DNA of 40,618 nucleotides from a virus. Its lineage: Duplodnaviria > Caudoviricetes. Position 1 is the stretch's first letter. The number at the start of each line of letters is the position of its first letter. Shown piece after piece: positions 23,913-33,802 of the stretch. The notes under the pieces were generated by a model that had not been told where the DNA came from, made no database searches, and saw only the letters and a list, made by a program, of their open reading frames with translations. Where the stretch lies: positions 1 through 40,618 of the IMG/VR virus record IMGVR_UViG_3300028586_000009. One strand, given 5' to 3'. Position numbers and translations under genes: made by a program.

Positions 23913-24346
23913 TGGCTCAGTTTCGATCGCTTCAGATGACCGCACCCACGTATCCGGTTTCGGGTCCGACGGGTGACGGCCGCAGCCTCCAGTCCTCGAC
24001 TGGTACGTTCACGCTCGGCGCGCAGTCGGCGGGTGCAGTTGCCGTTAATGATACGGTGCTGATGTTCCGTGTTCACCGTAACTTCGTGGTCAAGGGCGGC
24101 TTCATGAAGTGGGACGCGCTTGGTGCGGGTGTCACGGTGGAGCTTGGTGACGCAGCCGACTCTACCCGGTACTTCGGTGCCACGTCGGCAGCGGCGGCAG
24201 GTCAGGTCGCAGTCCTTGACGTCAAGGGCCGCAACTTCAACAATGCGGCGTTCACCAATGTCATCCTGACGGTGCGTGGCGCTACCACCAGCGCAACGGG
24301 TTCGATCACCGCCGAACTGAACGGCGTTATCGAGAATCCCGCATGA
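23912..24346 (+). CDS. Virion structural protein (possible head decoration)
   Basis: Follows the capsid gene; beta-rich and Ala/Gly/Thr-rich. Confidence 0.65.
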   Translation: MAQFRSLQMTAPTYPVSGPTGDGRSLQSSTGTFTLGAQSAGAVAVNDTVLMFRVHRNFVVKGGFMKWDALGAGVTVELGDAADSTRYFGATSAAAAGQVAVLDVKGRNFNNAAFTNVILTVRGATTSATGSITAELNGVIENPA

Positions 24347-24681
24347 GTGGGTTTAAGGCGGTGTGGCTGGGTGACGAAGATCCAGCCTCGCAGATCGTCC
24401 GCATGGGGGATCTCGTGTTCGTGAAGGGGCAGTCGGTGACTGTCCCCAAGGGCCACGCGATGTTCGATGCGATCCACGACAACCCCACGTTCGCCGTCGA
24501 CAATGAGAAGGCATATGTCGTAGAAATCGATGAGCCTAGCGCCGAAGAGCAGCGCGAACGTGCCGAAGAAGGCACCGAGAAGGCTGCTATCAAGGCTGAG
24601 TTGCGCACGTATGGTATCACGGTGCAGGGTAATCCCTCGCTTGAGACCCTGCGCGGCAAGCTCGTAGACGCGACCAAGTAA
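24343..24681 (+). CDS. Hypothetical structural-module protein (C-terminal HeH-like)
   Basis: IKAELRTYGITVQGNPSLETLRGKL. Confidence 0.6.
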   Translation: MSGFKAVWLGDEDPASQIVRMGDLVFVKGQSVTVPKGHAMFDAIHDNPTFAVDNEKAYVVEIDEPSAEEQRERAEEGTEKAAIKAELRTYGITVQGNPSLETLRGKLVDATK

Positions 24682-24682
24682 G

Positions 24683-25387
24683 GTGGCTCTGGCGCGCGTC
24701 GTCTGCAATCTCGCCCTGCGTAAGTTGGGCGTGGTTGGGTCTGGAAGAGATGCGCGCGCCACTGACCTAGTGGATACGCTCAACGCGCTGCGCTCGATGT
24801 ATCTGGGGTGGATAGCCTCTGGTGCATCGGGGCGGCTCGTTGACGTGGTTATAACGGAGGATTACTGCGCCCGCCCGAATGAGCGCGTTATCCGTGAGAG
24901 TGAAGGTGCTGCGTCCGTCACACTGCCTCGCCTGTCGGCTGATGGGGTCTGGCGGCATGACTTTGGCACTAATTCCCTTGTGTGGGATGCTATTTTGGAT
25001 GGTGAAGGTAACCCCATCCTGGACGATTACAACGGCGCAATTCTGGCGGATCCGCTGGTTGAGCGGCGGGGAATGTGGAACGCCAAGCCCCCGCGTGATG
25101 GTTCGGCTATTGTCATTAGCGACCTGTGCGGTGGGCGTACTCAGACATACCTCTACGACGGCGCTGTGAAGATGTGGCAGACGATTGACGGGTTGACGCT
25201 CGATGATGAAGCGCCCCGTTCTTATGCCGATCTTAACGGGCTTGCATCTTGCCTTGCCATCGAGATTTCGGACCAGTTTGGCTCGGATATTCCCGAAGCA
25301 ACGGCTGTTGCGTCTATGCGTTTCAAGACTTCTCTGGTAACCCGCTTTGGTATGGAGCGTAGTGAAACAGTAGGAGTGTATTTCTGA
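24683..25387 (+). CDS. Head-tail adaptor (P22 gp4-like)
   Basis: ALRKLGVV...DTLNALRSM..W, LAIEISDQFG; position. Confidence 0.7.
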   Translation: MALARVVCNLALRKLGVVGSGRDARATDLVDTLNALRSMYLGWIASGASGRLVDVVITEDYCARPNERVIRESEGAASVTLPRLSADGVWRHDFGTNSLVWDAILDGEGNPILDDYNGAILADPLVERRGMWNAKPPRDGSAIVISDLCGGRTQTYLYDGAVKMWQTIDGLTLDDEAPRSYADLNGLASCLAIEISDQFGSDIPEATAVASMRFKTSLVTRFGMERSETVGVYF

Positions 25388-25770
25388 TGGCGCAGGGCTC
25401 TATTTCGAATACCTTGTCCCGCCCCGTATATCTTACGGATCTGGAAGGTAACTTTGTACCGTTGTCCGCTGCTGGCGGCGGTACGACAACGCCAGTAGCA
25501 TCATCCTCGACACTAGCCACGAAGCAGGTCGACGTAGCTACAACCGCAACGCAGATTGTTGCCGCTCGCACGGGCCGAAACGCTATCACCGTCACCAACA
25601 AGACCGGCTCTCAGCAGGTGTATGTAGGCCCTACCAGCGCCGTTACGGCAACCACTGGCCAGTTGCTCCCCGCTGGTGTAGGCGCAAGCATCACGCTGCC
25701 TTACACGGGCGCTTTGTTCGGGATCGCAGTGTCTGCCACGCAGACCGTTACGGTCGCGGAGACCTACTGA
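25387..25770 (+). CDS. Virion structural protein
   Basis: Thr/Ala-rich beta protein in the structural operon. Confidence 0.6.
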   Translation: MAQGSISNTLSRPVYLTDLEGNFVPLSAAGGGTTTPVASSSTLATKQVDVATTATQIVAARTGRNAITVTNKTGSQQVYVGPTSAVTATTGQLLPAGVGASITLPYTGALFGIAVSATQTVTVAETY

Positions 25771-26288
25771 TGGCAGATCAGTCCGTCTTTGCGCCGGTTG
25801 ATCTAACGCCGGTCTTCGACGCCATGCCGAAACCCGCTGTGGTCACGCCTAGCTCTGAGTCTCCGGGTGGCTCTCCTGGCACGGATGTCAGCCAGTTCGC
25901 GCAGATGGGCCATAGTCATCCGCGCCTGACCAGTACGACCTACGCCACCCTAGCGGCTGATGGCACGGCTACGGTGATGTTTACACGGTCATTCGCGAAC
26001 AAGCCGGGTTTCTCTATTACTGAGATTGACGCAAATGGTGCGCAGCCATTGGTTTGCGTTGTGCAGTCGTTTGTGATGTCAAACGGTGTCTACACAGGCT
26101 GTGTAATCAAAGGTTATCGCAGCCAAGCCTTGCCAGCGCAGCCACAAATGAGTGTTTTAGCAATTCTGGGTACCGTGGTTGCAGGCGTAAATAGCTTGGC
26201 AGCATCGCTCACAGGGTTTAATGTGTTTGGAGGTAGCCCTTCAGGTGCATCCGTGTCAGTAGTCGCAATCGCACGTTCCGACGTTTAA
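25770..26288 (+). CDS. Virion structural protein (fibre-associated)
   Basis: FAQMGHSHP motif; position. Confidence 0.55.
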   Translation: MADQSVFAPVDLTPVFDAMPKPAVVTPSSESPGGSPGTDVSQFAQMGHSHPRLTSTTYATLAADGTATVMFTRSFANKPGFSITEIDANGAQPLVCVVQSFVMSNGVYTGCVIKGYRSQALPAQPQMSVLAILGTVVAGVNSLAASLTGFNVFGGSPSGASVSVVAIARSDV

Positions 26289-26298
26289 GGGGTATTCG

Positions 26299-28863
26299 AT
26301 GAGCCGAATTTCAGCCTACCCCGATGGTTACATTCTCCAACCCGGGGATCGCATCATCGTGTCCAGACAGGGGCGTACTCTGTCTGTAACGGGGGCTGGC
26401 ATTACAGCTGGCGCAACTCCTGCCGAGCAGTTCGATGATTACAAGCGGTTTGTAGATAGCCGTATCACGGGACTGACGAACACCATCAATAATCTCGTCA
26501 ATCGGATTGAGGCCGTGACGGGTGAGCCAGTGTTTTCGCTTAGGGCAGTTTCGCTTTCGTCGACTGCATTTACGGCTGGCACTTTGTTTTTCGCCAATGT
26601 CAGTGGTCTTTCGCCTGGACAGCCTGTCAATGTGACGGCAGATGACGGCACGGTGTTGAGCCTGAATGATAATCTGCTGTCTGGCCTTTTTACGACGGCT
26701 GGCCCGAAGGTCATCACGTTTGTTGAGGATCCTAACGGTGTTAGCGGTGCGATTAACGCGCCCAACATCACGCAGATTGCAGTGGGCGTATCGAGCGGGA
26801 CGGTTACACCTACACCTACACCTACACCAGCCCCTTCGCCTACTCCTACTCCTACTCCAAGCGCGTTCACCATGACGCAGCTCGCGTCTGCAAACCGCAT
26901 TTATCAGCGATCGACACTGACGGGCGGTGGTCAGAGTAACGGACAGGGCACTATTCCTGTAGCGTTGGATGTGTCCACAGCTGGCAGCATCTATGCCCGC
27001 GTGCGAGCAGAGAATAGCTCCATCCTTCAGGCATCTTGGGTTGCAGCTACTACCACTGCGACCGGCGCGCAGACTGTTAACATTCCGAACGTAGATGCAC
27101 GGCTAGGCTGGTTTTATCTCGACCTTTCCGCCGATGGCACGACGTGGCAGAATGGCACCGTGCTGGTCGGCATGGGGCGGCTTATCGCCATGTCGGGCCA
27201 GTCTCAGGCGGTACGCCAGTTTGCCAAGATGCCAGCCTATGCGGGCACGAACGCATCGCTTGGTGTCACAATTGATCCAAACAGCGCCGTCTATGCCCGC
27301 TACACCGACACGGCCCGCACGTTGACGACGCCAGCATGGGCGGTGCCAGTAGATGGCGGCGCATACGACAGCACTTTCGTTTCGGAGATGCTGCGTCGTC
27401 AGATTGCAAACAAGGGCGTCAACTGTGGCGCGATCGGGCACGCGGTCGGCTCTACGGCGATTGCCGCTTGGCAGCCTGGGCAAGCGAACAACACTGAACT
27501 GCGTGCCGTTCTTGATGCGGCAGGCGGCTTCGAAGCGTTTTATTGGCATCAGGGCGGCGACGATGCGGGCGCTGGTACTAGCGCCGCAGCTTATCAGGCA
27601 GGTCTAACCGGTGTGTTCGGCGACCTTGCCGCCCGCAATGCCGCACGTGGCTCATCGTTCGAGCGATACGTTACGGCTATGGCAACGCGCACGTCTGCTG
27701 GTGCGGGCACGACAGCAAGCGTGCAGACGATCCGTAAGGCGGCGTCGGATTGGTCGGCAGCGAATAACGCGGTCTATCTTGAGCCGCACGACATCAACCT
27801 TGAAGACTCGGTACACCAGGGGCAGCCGGGCAACATCGTTCTTGCCCGCCATCTCCACCGCGCCATGTCATCCGCTACGGATACTGGTCCCACGATCACG
27901 GGCGCAACGCGCGTTGGGACTGCAATCACCGTTACGGCCTCCAGCGCGCTTGCAATGGTCGGCAATCCTTCAAACCGCTTCACGGTTTACAATGCGGGTA
28001 CGTCTGCAAGTGCGCTCGCGATCGCAAGTCTGACCGCCAGCGGCGCGCAGGCTGTTATTACTCTGTCTGTCGATCCCGGCGGATCACAGGCGCTCGATGT
28101 CCATTGGCTGCGTCACCCTGATCCGTCCAGCACGACGGCGGCTGCAAACATGCTCTACGACACTTACACGGCGGATGGCCTGCCAAACGGGCGTCAGTTG
28201 CAGCCCAATCTTGGCGGTGCAGTGATTGTTGCACCGCCGGGTGGGACTCCGACTCCGACTCCGACTCCCACGCCCACGCCGTCACCATCGTTCTCTGACA
28301 CCTTCACCGGCACCGACGGCACCGACTTGACGGCGCACACGTCCAATACAGGCCAGACATGGACAGCAGTTATTGGCCAGCTTGTTATTGCTAACAACGA
28401 GACATATACCACGACTTCTAACGCGACTGGTGCTGCCTATCTATCCAGCTATGTTCCGGCATCCGCCGACTATACGGTTAAGGGTACGGTCAAGTGCCTT
28501 ACCGTTGTTACCCAGACCGCCGCATGGGTTCTTGGCCGTGGTTCGACGTCTGGCACAACGCGCACTCACTATCAGGGCGGCTACCAGAAGTCTGGGCCTA
28601 ACGGCGAAGGCATTTACCTTGGCAAAACAGTCGCTGGCACGTTTACCGTCATCGGCTTCTTTGCCTATGTGCTGGGCGCAGGCGTTTCCGTTGAAGTCGG
28701 TTTGATTATGACCGGCTCCTCCATTAGCGTGACCCTTGATGGCACGACAGTAATCGCACCTGTTACCGATACAGCGATCACGGCGGCAGGAACCATTGGT
28801 CTGCGCGCCTTGGGTTCTTCTTCGGCTACTACAGGTCTTCATATCGACAATCTGACAGTTTAA
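26299..28863 (+). CDS. Tail appendage with SGNH/SASA-type carbohydrate esterase domain, PT linkers and a C-terminal lectin-like domain
   Basis: Blocks SGQSQA, AVGSTAIAAW, WHQGGDDA and DSVH; two (TP)n linkers. Confidence 0.75.
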   Translation: MSRISAYPDGYILQPGDRIIVSRQGRTLSVTGAGITAGATPAEQFDDYKRFVDSRITGLTNTINNLVNRIEAVTGEPVFSLRAVSLSSTAFTAGTLFFANVSGLSPGQPVNVTADDGTVLSLNDNLLSGLFTTAGPKVITFVEDPNGVSGAINAPNITQIAVGVSSGTVTPTPTPTPAPSPTPTPTPSAFTMTQLASANRIYQRSTLTGGGQSNGQGTIPVALDVSTAGSIYARVRAENSSILQASWVAATTTATGAQTVNIPNVDARLGWFYLDLSADGTTWQNGTVLVGMGRLIAMSGQSQAVRQFAKMPAYAGTNASLGVTIDPNSAVYARYTDTARTLTTPAWAVPVDGGAYDSTFVSEMLRRQIANKGVNCGAIGHAVGSTAIAAWQPGQANNTELRAVLDAAGGFEAFYWHQGGDDAGAGTSAAAYQAGLTGVFGDLAARNAARGSSFERYVTAMATRTSAGAGTTASVQTIRKAASDWSAANNAVYLEPHDINLEDSVHQGQPGNIVLARHLHRAMSSATDTGPTITGATRVGTAITVTASSALAMVGNPSNRFTVYNAGTSASALAIASLTASGAQAVITLSVDPGGSQALDVHWLRHPDPSSTTAAANMLYDTYTADGLPNGRQLQPNLGGAVIVAPPGGTPTPTPTPTPTPSPSFSDTFTGTDGTDLTAHTSNTGQTWTAVIGQLVIANNETYTTTSNATGAAYLSSYVPASADYTVKGTVKCLTVVTQTAAWVLGRGSTSGTTRTHYQGGYQKSGPNGEGIYLGKTVAGTFTVIGFFAYVLGAGVSVEVGLIMTGSSISVTLDGTTVIAPVTDTAITAAGTIGLRALGSSSATTGLHIDNLTV

Positions 28864-28884
28864 ACATGAAAGGAGGTGATGCTC

Positions 28885-28920
28885 ATGCGTTATTGGCCAA
28901 CCAACAAGCCGATCAAGTAA
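28885..28920 (+). CDS. 11-aa micro-ORF MRYWPTNKPIK
   Basis: Preceded by the extended SD AAGGAGGTGAT and followed by a hairpin. Confidence 0.45.
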   Translation: MRYWPTNKPIK

Positions 28921-28922
28921 CC

Positions 28923-28979
28923 AATGACCCACCATGGCGTTGCAATTCGCCGTGGTGGGCATTTTGGCTGTCTTTCTTT
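28923..28979 (+). terminator. Long hairpin, terminator-like
   Basis: AATG-A-CCCACCATGGCG / CGCCGTGGTGGG-CATT, then a T-rich tract. Confidence 0.55.
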
Positions 28980-28990
28980 AAGGGTCCGTA

Positions 28991-30319
28991 ATGCCAATTG
29001 TACCTTTGGGCCTTAAGAGCTACCAGCGCACGGATGGCTTCGTTCCCGAAACTATCCTGCGCAATCTGTATGTCGAGAAGGACGAGTCCGGCATCTCGCC
29101 CGATGGAACCCTGCGTATCCAGCGCCCCGGCCTCACGCGCACATTGACGCTGGGTCTAGGCCCTATCCGTGGCATGGACTACCGGGTGTCGACTGACGAG
29201 GATCTGGCGGTGTCTGGCGGGCAGTTGTTCGCTGGTGGCACGGCCAAGGGAGCCATTGCAGGCACCGGTATCACGCCGATGGTCGGGACCACGTTCGTCT
29301 ATGCGATCCTTGGCGGCAACACGCTGTATCTTTATGGCACAGGTGTTACACCGCTAATCCTACCTGATGATGCGGGCACAGTGGTCGATATCGAGCAGAT
29401 CAACCAATATCTGCTGATTCTGACGCGCTCAGGCAAATTCTACTGGATGGTCCCCGGTGCGACGACCGTTGACCCGCTCGACTTCGCAACGGCTGAGTTT
29501 TCGCCTGACAAGGCTGTGGCTATCCGACGCGTGGGCGACGAGTTTTGGATCTTCTCCGAGGACACAATCGAACCGTGGCAGTCGACCGGCGATGTCGACG
29601 CGCCGTTCCAGCGCGTCACGGGTCGCATTTACGAACGCGGCTGTTTGGCGCGCGACACGGTAAAGCGATTTGACAATTCGGTCATGTGGGTGTCAAATGA
29701 TGGAGAGGTGTGTCGTGGTGGCGCAGTTCCCCAAGTCGTCAGTGATAACGGCATCGCTGAGCGCATTCGTAAGAAGGGGGGTGATCTATCCGCCTGGGTG
29801 TTCGGTCTAGACGGCCACAAGTTCTACGTCCTGTGCATACCGGGGCAAGGGTCTTTTGCTTACGACGCGTCGACGCAGGCGTGGTCCGAGTTCGCTACGT
29901 CAGGACGTACCGAATGGGCCGCCCGTGTCGGATATGACCGTCAGGGTTCAGTGGTATGCGGTTCGTCCGTTGATGGCGCTGTGTGGCGTCTGGATCCGTC
30001 CAACGGCACAGATGACGGGTTGATGATCGAGAAGGTTATCACCGGCACGATTGCGCTGTTCGGAAAGCCGCAGCGGAATGACAATATCAGCGTGGGCATT
30101 GGCGCATCCAGCGACACCACTATCCGCATTCGCTGGAAAGATGGTCAGGACGACTATCCTGATTATTACGACGTGCTGGACGTTCGCGCGCCGTTCGATG
30201 TTTGCTCGCTGTATCGGTTGGGACGCCCTGAACAGCCTTATCGGACGGTTGAGATTAGCCACGTCGGACCGGAGCGCATCCGGTTGGCTGGTGCTGCTGC
30301 GAACCAATCATGGCGCTAA
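28991..30319 (+). CDS. Tail tube/DNA stabilisation protein (P22 gp10-like)
   Basis: DPLDFATAE.SPD, TIEPW, GC.A..TV, DGHKFYVL, YDASTQAW. Confidence 0.85.
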   Translation: MPIVPLGLKSYQRTDGFVPETILRNLYVEKDESGISPDGTLRIQRPGLTRTLTLGLGPIRGMDYRVSTDEDLAVSGGQLFAGGTAKGAIAGTGITPMVGTTFVYAILGGNTLYLYGTGVTPLILPDDAGTVVDIEQINQYLLILTRSGKFYWMVPGATTVDPLDFATAEFSPDKAVAIRRVGDEFWIFSEDTIEPWQSTGDVDAPFQRVTGRIYERGCLARDTVKRFDNSVMWVSNDGEVCRGGAVPQVVSDNGIAERIRKKGGDLSAWVFGLDGHKFYVLCIPGQGSFAYDASTQAWSEFATSGRTEWAARVGYDRQGSVVCGSSVDGAVWRLDPSNGTDDGLMIEKVITGTIALFGKPQRNDNISVGIGASSDTTIRIRWKDGQDDYPDYYDVLDVRAPFDVCSLYRLGRPEQPYRTVEISHVGPERIRLAGAAANQSWR

Positions 30320-30948
30320 AACCCCTCCGCATCCCAACGCTTACGCAGGCGCAACCGATCGTTGAAACAGATCGCAAGCCTACCACGAGCTTTCTGCGCA
30401 CGCTTAACGACATCCTGAAGTCGCTAGGTGATGCTGTTTTGCAGATTCAGCAGTTGCCGCTAATTCAGGAAGCGCTCGCCAACCTGGACGCCGCTACTCA
30501 AGCCGCGCAGGCAGCGGCAGACGCCGCAACGGCAGCAGCGGGGGATAGCGCGGCAGCAGCAGCAGCAAACGCCCGTGAAGCGTCGCTACAGGCTAGTTAC
30601 ATCGATCCCACGTCGGTGCTGACGGCTGACACAATCAACATCACCATCGCCCCTCACACCCGCATCTATCCGTCTGCTAATGGCGGAACCGCAACGAGTG
30701 TGTCCGTGGCTGGCGGAACAGCTACAGCCACAGGTGAAGGTGATACGGATTATGTGTCATACAGCGATCCAGACCGCGAGGGGGGCGCAGTAACCTATGT
30801 CGTATCTACCACAGCCCCCGCGCAGACAGGCGCAACGCATGTCGTCGGTGCGGTAATGATCCCCGCAACAGGCACGGTTGAGGGTGGCGAAGGTCCGCAG
30901 CGCCCCGGCTTCGTTCGTCCACGTCAACCAGAACTGGCACTAGAATGA
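30310..30948 (+). CDS. Tail-associated protein
   Basis: Position after the gp10-like gene; Ala-rich coiled segment. Confidence 0.6.
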   Translation: MALKPLRIPTLTQAQPIVETDRKPTTSFLRTLNDILKSLGDAVLQIQQLPLIQEALANLDAATQAAQAAADAATAAAGDSAAAAAANAREASLQASYIDPTSVLTADTINITIAPHTRIYPSANGGTATSVSVAGGTATATGEGDTDYVSYSDPDREGGAVTYVVSTTAPAQTGATHVVGAVMIPATGTVEGGEGPQRPGFVRPRQPELALE

Positions 30949-31373
30949 TCGAGCGCGTAACCGACGCTGAAGTTGTAAACGAGATTGGCAACGATCCATC
31001 TGTGCGCGCCCTTATGTTTCTTGGCGCAATGTATCCGCCCGATCACCTTGATTTTACGCCATGGTGTGAAGATCCGCGCAACATCATTCTGGTTGACGGC
31101 GGTTTTGTCGCGATGTTCGTGTGGCGTGGACCGGGTATATATGAATGCCATCTGATGGTGCGCAAAGATGCACGGGGCGCCAAAGCAATGCAGACGGGGC
31201 GCGATATGCTGGCCTATGTACGCAAAGAGGGCGGGCATACCGTCTGGGGGCAACCGTCAGTGTACAACCGGGCTGCGATTTGTTATATCCGGCGCATGGG
31301 ATTGAAGCCTGTTGGCTTTGGTCAAGACGCAATCGCCGGTGACGTGCAGTATTTTGTAACGGAAGGTCTCTAG
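30945..31373 (+). CDS. GNAT-fold virion-module protein (DUF2824/P22 gp14-like)
   Basis: YECHLMVRKDARG...NRAAICYIRRMGLKPVG. Confidence 0.7.
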   Translation: MIERVTDAEVVNEIGNDPSVRALMFLGAMYPPDHLDFTPWCEDPRNIILVDGGFVAMFVWRGPGIYECHLMVRKDARGAKAMQTGRDMLAYVRKEGGHTVWGQPSVYNRAAICYIRRMGLKPVGFGQDAIAGDVQYFVTEGL

Positions 31374-32084
31374 ATGCCACCAGTAGCCATTGCAGCCGGT
31401 ATTGCAGCCGGTGGATCGATCATCGGCGGCGTTGTTCAGTCGAGCGCTGCCAAGAGCGCTGCTAAAAGGCAGCAGCAGCAGGCGCAGTCCGAACAGGCGC
31501 GGTTGCAGGCTAACCAGCAGTATATCACGGGCCTTAACCAGCCCACGATTGATCGCGGTAATGCGGCTGGCAATCTCATTGGCGGTTTTCTCGGCACGCA
31601 GGGCGATAGCGGTGCAGCATCGGCACTTGCTACCTATCGCGGGTCGACCGGCTATCAGGATATCCTCAATACTGGCCTTAACTCAGTCAGCTCCGTGGCC
31701 TATGCCAAGGGTCTAGGCGCGTCTGGCGCCACCTTGAAGGCGCTACAGGCCAAGGGGCAGGCGCTGGCCGATCAGTCGTCTGGTTCGTGGCTCAACGGCT
31801 TGCAGAACCTCTCCAGCCAAGGCCAGCAGGCGATTGGGCAGGTTGCGGGTGCTGCGACCAACACCGTTAACAACATCAACCAGTCCGGTCAGAACGCAGC
31901 GGATGCGGCGTCTAACGGCGCGCTTGCTGGCGGTGCTGCATGGTCGGGCGCATTGCAGAACCTAGCCAACATCGGCAGTGCTTATGCAGGTGGAGGGCTC
32001 TCGTCTAGCTATGGCCAGCAGGCACAGGGCCCAGCCATCGGCAGCACGCTTCCGAACGGCATGCTTAACTTTAGGGGTTTCTAG
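31374..32084 (+). CDS. Ejection (DNA transfer) protein, P22 gp7-like
   Basis: Gly/Ala/Gln-rich; YRGSTGYQ...SGATLKALQ. Confidence 0.75.
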   Translation: MPPVAIAAGIAAGGSIIGGVVQSSAAKSAAKRQQQQAQSEQARLQANQQYITGLNQPTIDRGNAAGNLIGGFLGTQGDSGAASALATYRGSTGYQDILNTGLNSVSSVAYAKGLGASGATLKALQAKGQALADQSSGSWLNGLQNLSSQGQQAIGQVAGAATNTVNNINQSGQNAADAASNGALAGGAAWSGALQNLANIGSAYAGGGLSSSYGQQAQGPAIGSTLPNGMLNFRGF

Positions 32085-33802
32085 TGCCAGTAAATTGGGG
32101 AATCCAGGGTCAAGGCTTCAACGCACTGGAGGCGTTGCAGACGTTTGGTCAGGCGCAGCAGCAGGGTATGCAGCGTCAGAACATGGCAATGAAGCAGCAG
32201 GAGATGCAGGCGCAGGTTGCAGCACGTCAGAGGGCGGGCCAGCAGTTGGGCGAAGGCGACTTTGCGGGCGCGGCGCAGACGGCAGCTATCGGTGGTGACT
32301 ATGACTTCGCTAAGTTCGCATCTAGCGCTAGTGACGATCATCGCAAGCAACTTGCCGAACAGGCTGGATTGATTGGTTCGCTCGCCGTGCGCCTGAAGGG
32401 ACAACCACCCGAAGCACGCGCGCAGGCTTTTGCGGCACTGGCTCCGCAATTGGCGCAGCGCGGGTTCGATCAGAACGAATTGGCCAACGTCGATCTTAGC
32501 GATGTAGGACTAGACAACTACATCGCCATGGCCACTAGTGCCGATCAGGCGCTGAAGGCGTATGCTGAATCACAGAAGCCGTTTGAGCTATCGGCAGGGC
32601 AGACGCGTTATTCGGCTGACGGTCAGGTTATTGCCCAGAACGCGCCGTTGCCCAAGTGGCAGTTCGATAGCGAAAGCGGTTCGTGGTTGCAGGAGCCGGG
32701 TAGCGGTCCAGCAGGGTATGCAGCGCCACAGGCACCACAAGCGCAACCGGGTGGCGGCGGCACGTTCCAGCGCATGATTGGCGCGGAAAGCGGCGGGCGT
32801 CAGTTTGCACGTAACGGACAGCCTCTCACGTCATCGGCGGGCGCTGTCGGCATGGCACAGGTTATGCCGTCAACCGGACCCGAGGCTGCAAAGGCGGCGG
32901 GCTTGCCGTGGGATCCAGACCGATTCCGCAACGATCCTGAGTACAACTCGCGATTGGGCAATGCCTATTACCAGAAGCAGTTGCAGGTGTTCAACGGCGA
33001 CGAGGCTAAGGCTGTTGCGGCTTACAACGCGGGGCCAGGGCGCATCCGTCAGGCTGTGTTGCGCAGCGGTGACGCTTGGCAGGAAAGCATCCCCAGCGAA
33101 ACGCAAGGCTATCTCCGCAAGGTTCTAGGCGGTGGTCAGGGTGGGGCACCTGGGGTGGTGAATGTTCGGCCTCCGAAAGCGCGTCGCAACACTGATGGGG
33201 CACCGTCTGGGTATCGCTTCAATGGTGGCGCACTAGAGCCGATTCCCGGTGGCCCTGCCGATCCATCAACGGCGACGGCTCGCAACGTGCAGAGCAATCG
33301 TAAGGCTGAATCCGAGTTCCGTAAGGAGTTCAACGGATTGCCACAGGTTAAGACGTTTAACACCGCGCGCCAGCAGTTCGGTACTCTTCGGGATTTGTCA
33401 CGCAAGCCCAACCCGACACCACAAGACGACATTGCGATGGTGTTCGGCTACATGAAGACGCTTGATCCGTCATCGGTGGTTCGCGAAGGCGAGTTCGCAC
33501 AAGCGCAGAACGCTGGCAGTGTTCCTGACAACGTTCAAAACCTTTATAACCGTGTGCTGGGTGGGCAGCGCCTTAACGCCAAGCAGCGCAAGGAAATGGT
33601 CAACACGGCCTACGTGAACTACAAGCAGTATCGAGCGGCGTATAACGAGACAGCCGAGCAGTATCGCGGGTACGCCAAGGACAACGGTATTGCCGCCGAT
33701 CGGGTGGCGCGCACCTACACGCCGAACATCGTAAAGGGTTCGCGTCAGGCTGCACCGGCTGCACCGGGTCGCATCTCGCCAACCATTCGCAGGATCAACT
33801 AA
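32084..33802 (+). CDS. Ejection protein with soluble lytic transglycosylase domain
   Basis: AESGG, SSAGAVGMAQVMPST, AAYNAGPG, ETQGYLRKV. Confidence 0.85.
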   Translation: MPVNWGIQGQGFNALEALQTFGQAQQQGMQRQNMAMKQQEMQAQVAARQRAGQQLGEGDFAGAAQTAAIGGDYDFAKFASSASDDHRKQLAEQAGLIGSLAVRLKGQPPEARAQAFAALAPQLAQRGFDQNELANVDLSDVGLDNYIAMATSADQALKAYAESQKPFELSAGQTRYSADGQVIAQNAPLPKWQFDSESGSWLQEPGSGPAGYAAPQAPQAQPGGGGTFQRMIGAESGGRQFARNGQPLTSSAGAVGMAQVMPSTGPEAAKAAGLPWDPDRFRNDPEYNSRLGNAYYQKQLQVFNGDEAKAVAAYNAGPGRIRQAVLRSGDAWQESIPSETQGYLRKVLGGGQGGAPGVVNVRPPKARRNTDGAPSGYRFNGGALEPIPGGPADPSTATARNVQSNRKAESEFRKEFNGLPQVKTFNTARQQFGTLRDLSRKPNPTPQDDIAMVFGYMKTLDPSSVVREGEFAQAQNAGSVPDNVQNLYNRVLGGQRLNAKQRKEMVNTAYVNYKQYRAAYNETAEQYRGYAKDNGIAADRVARTYTPNIVKGSRQAAPAAPGRISPTIRRIN

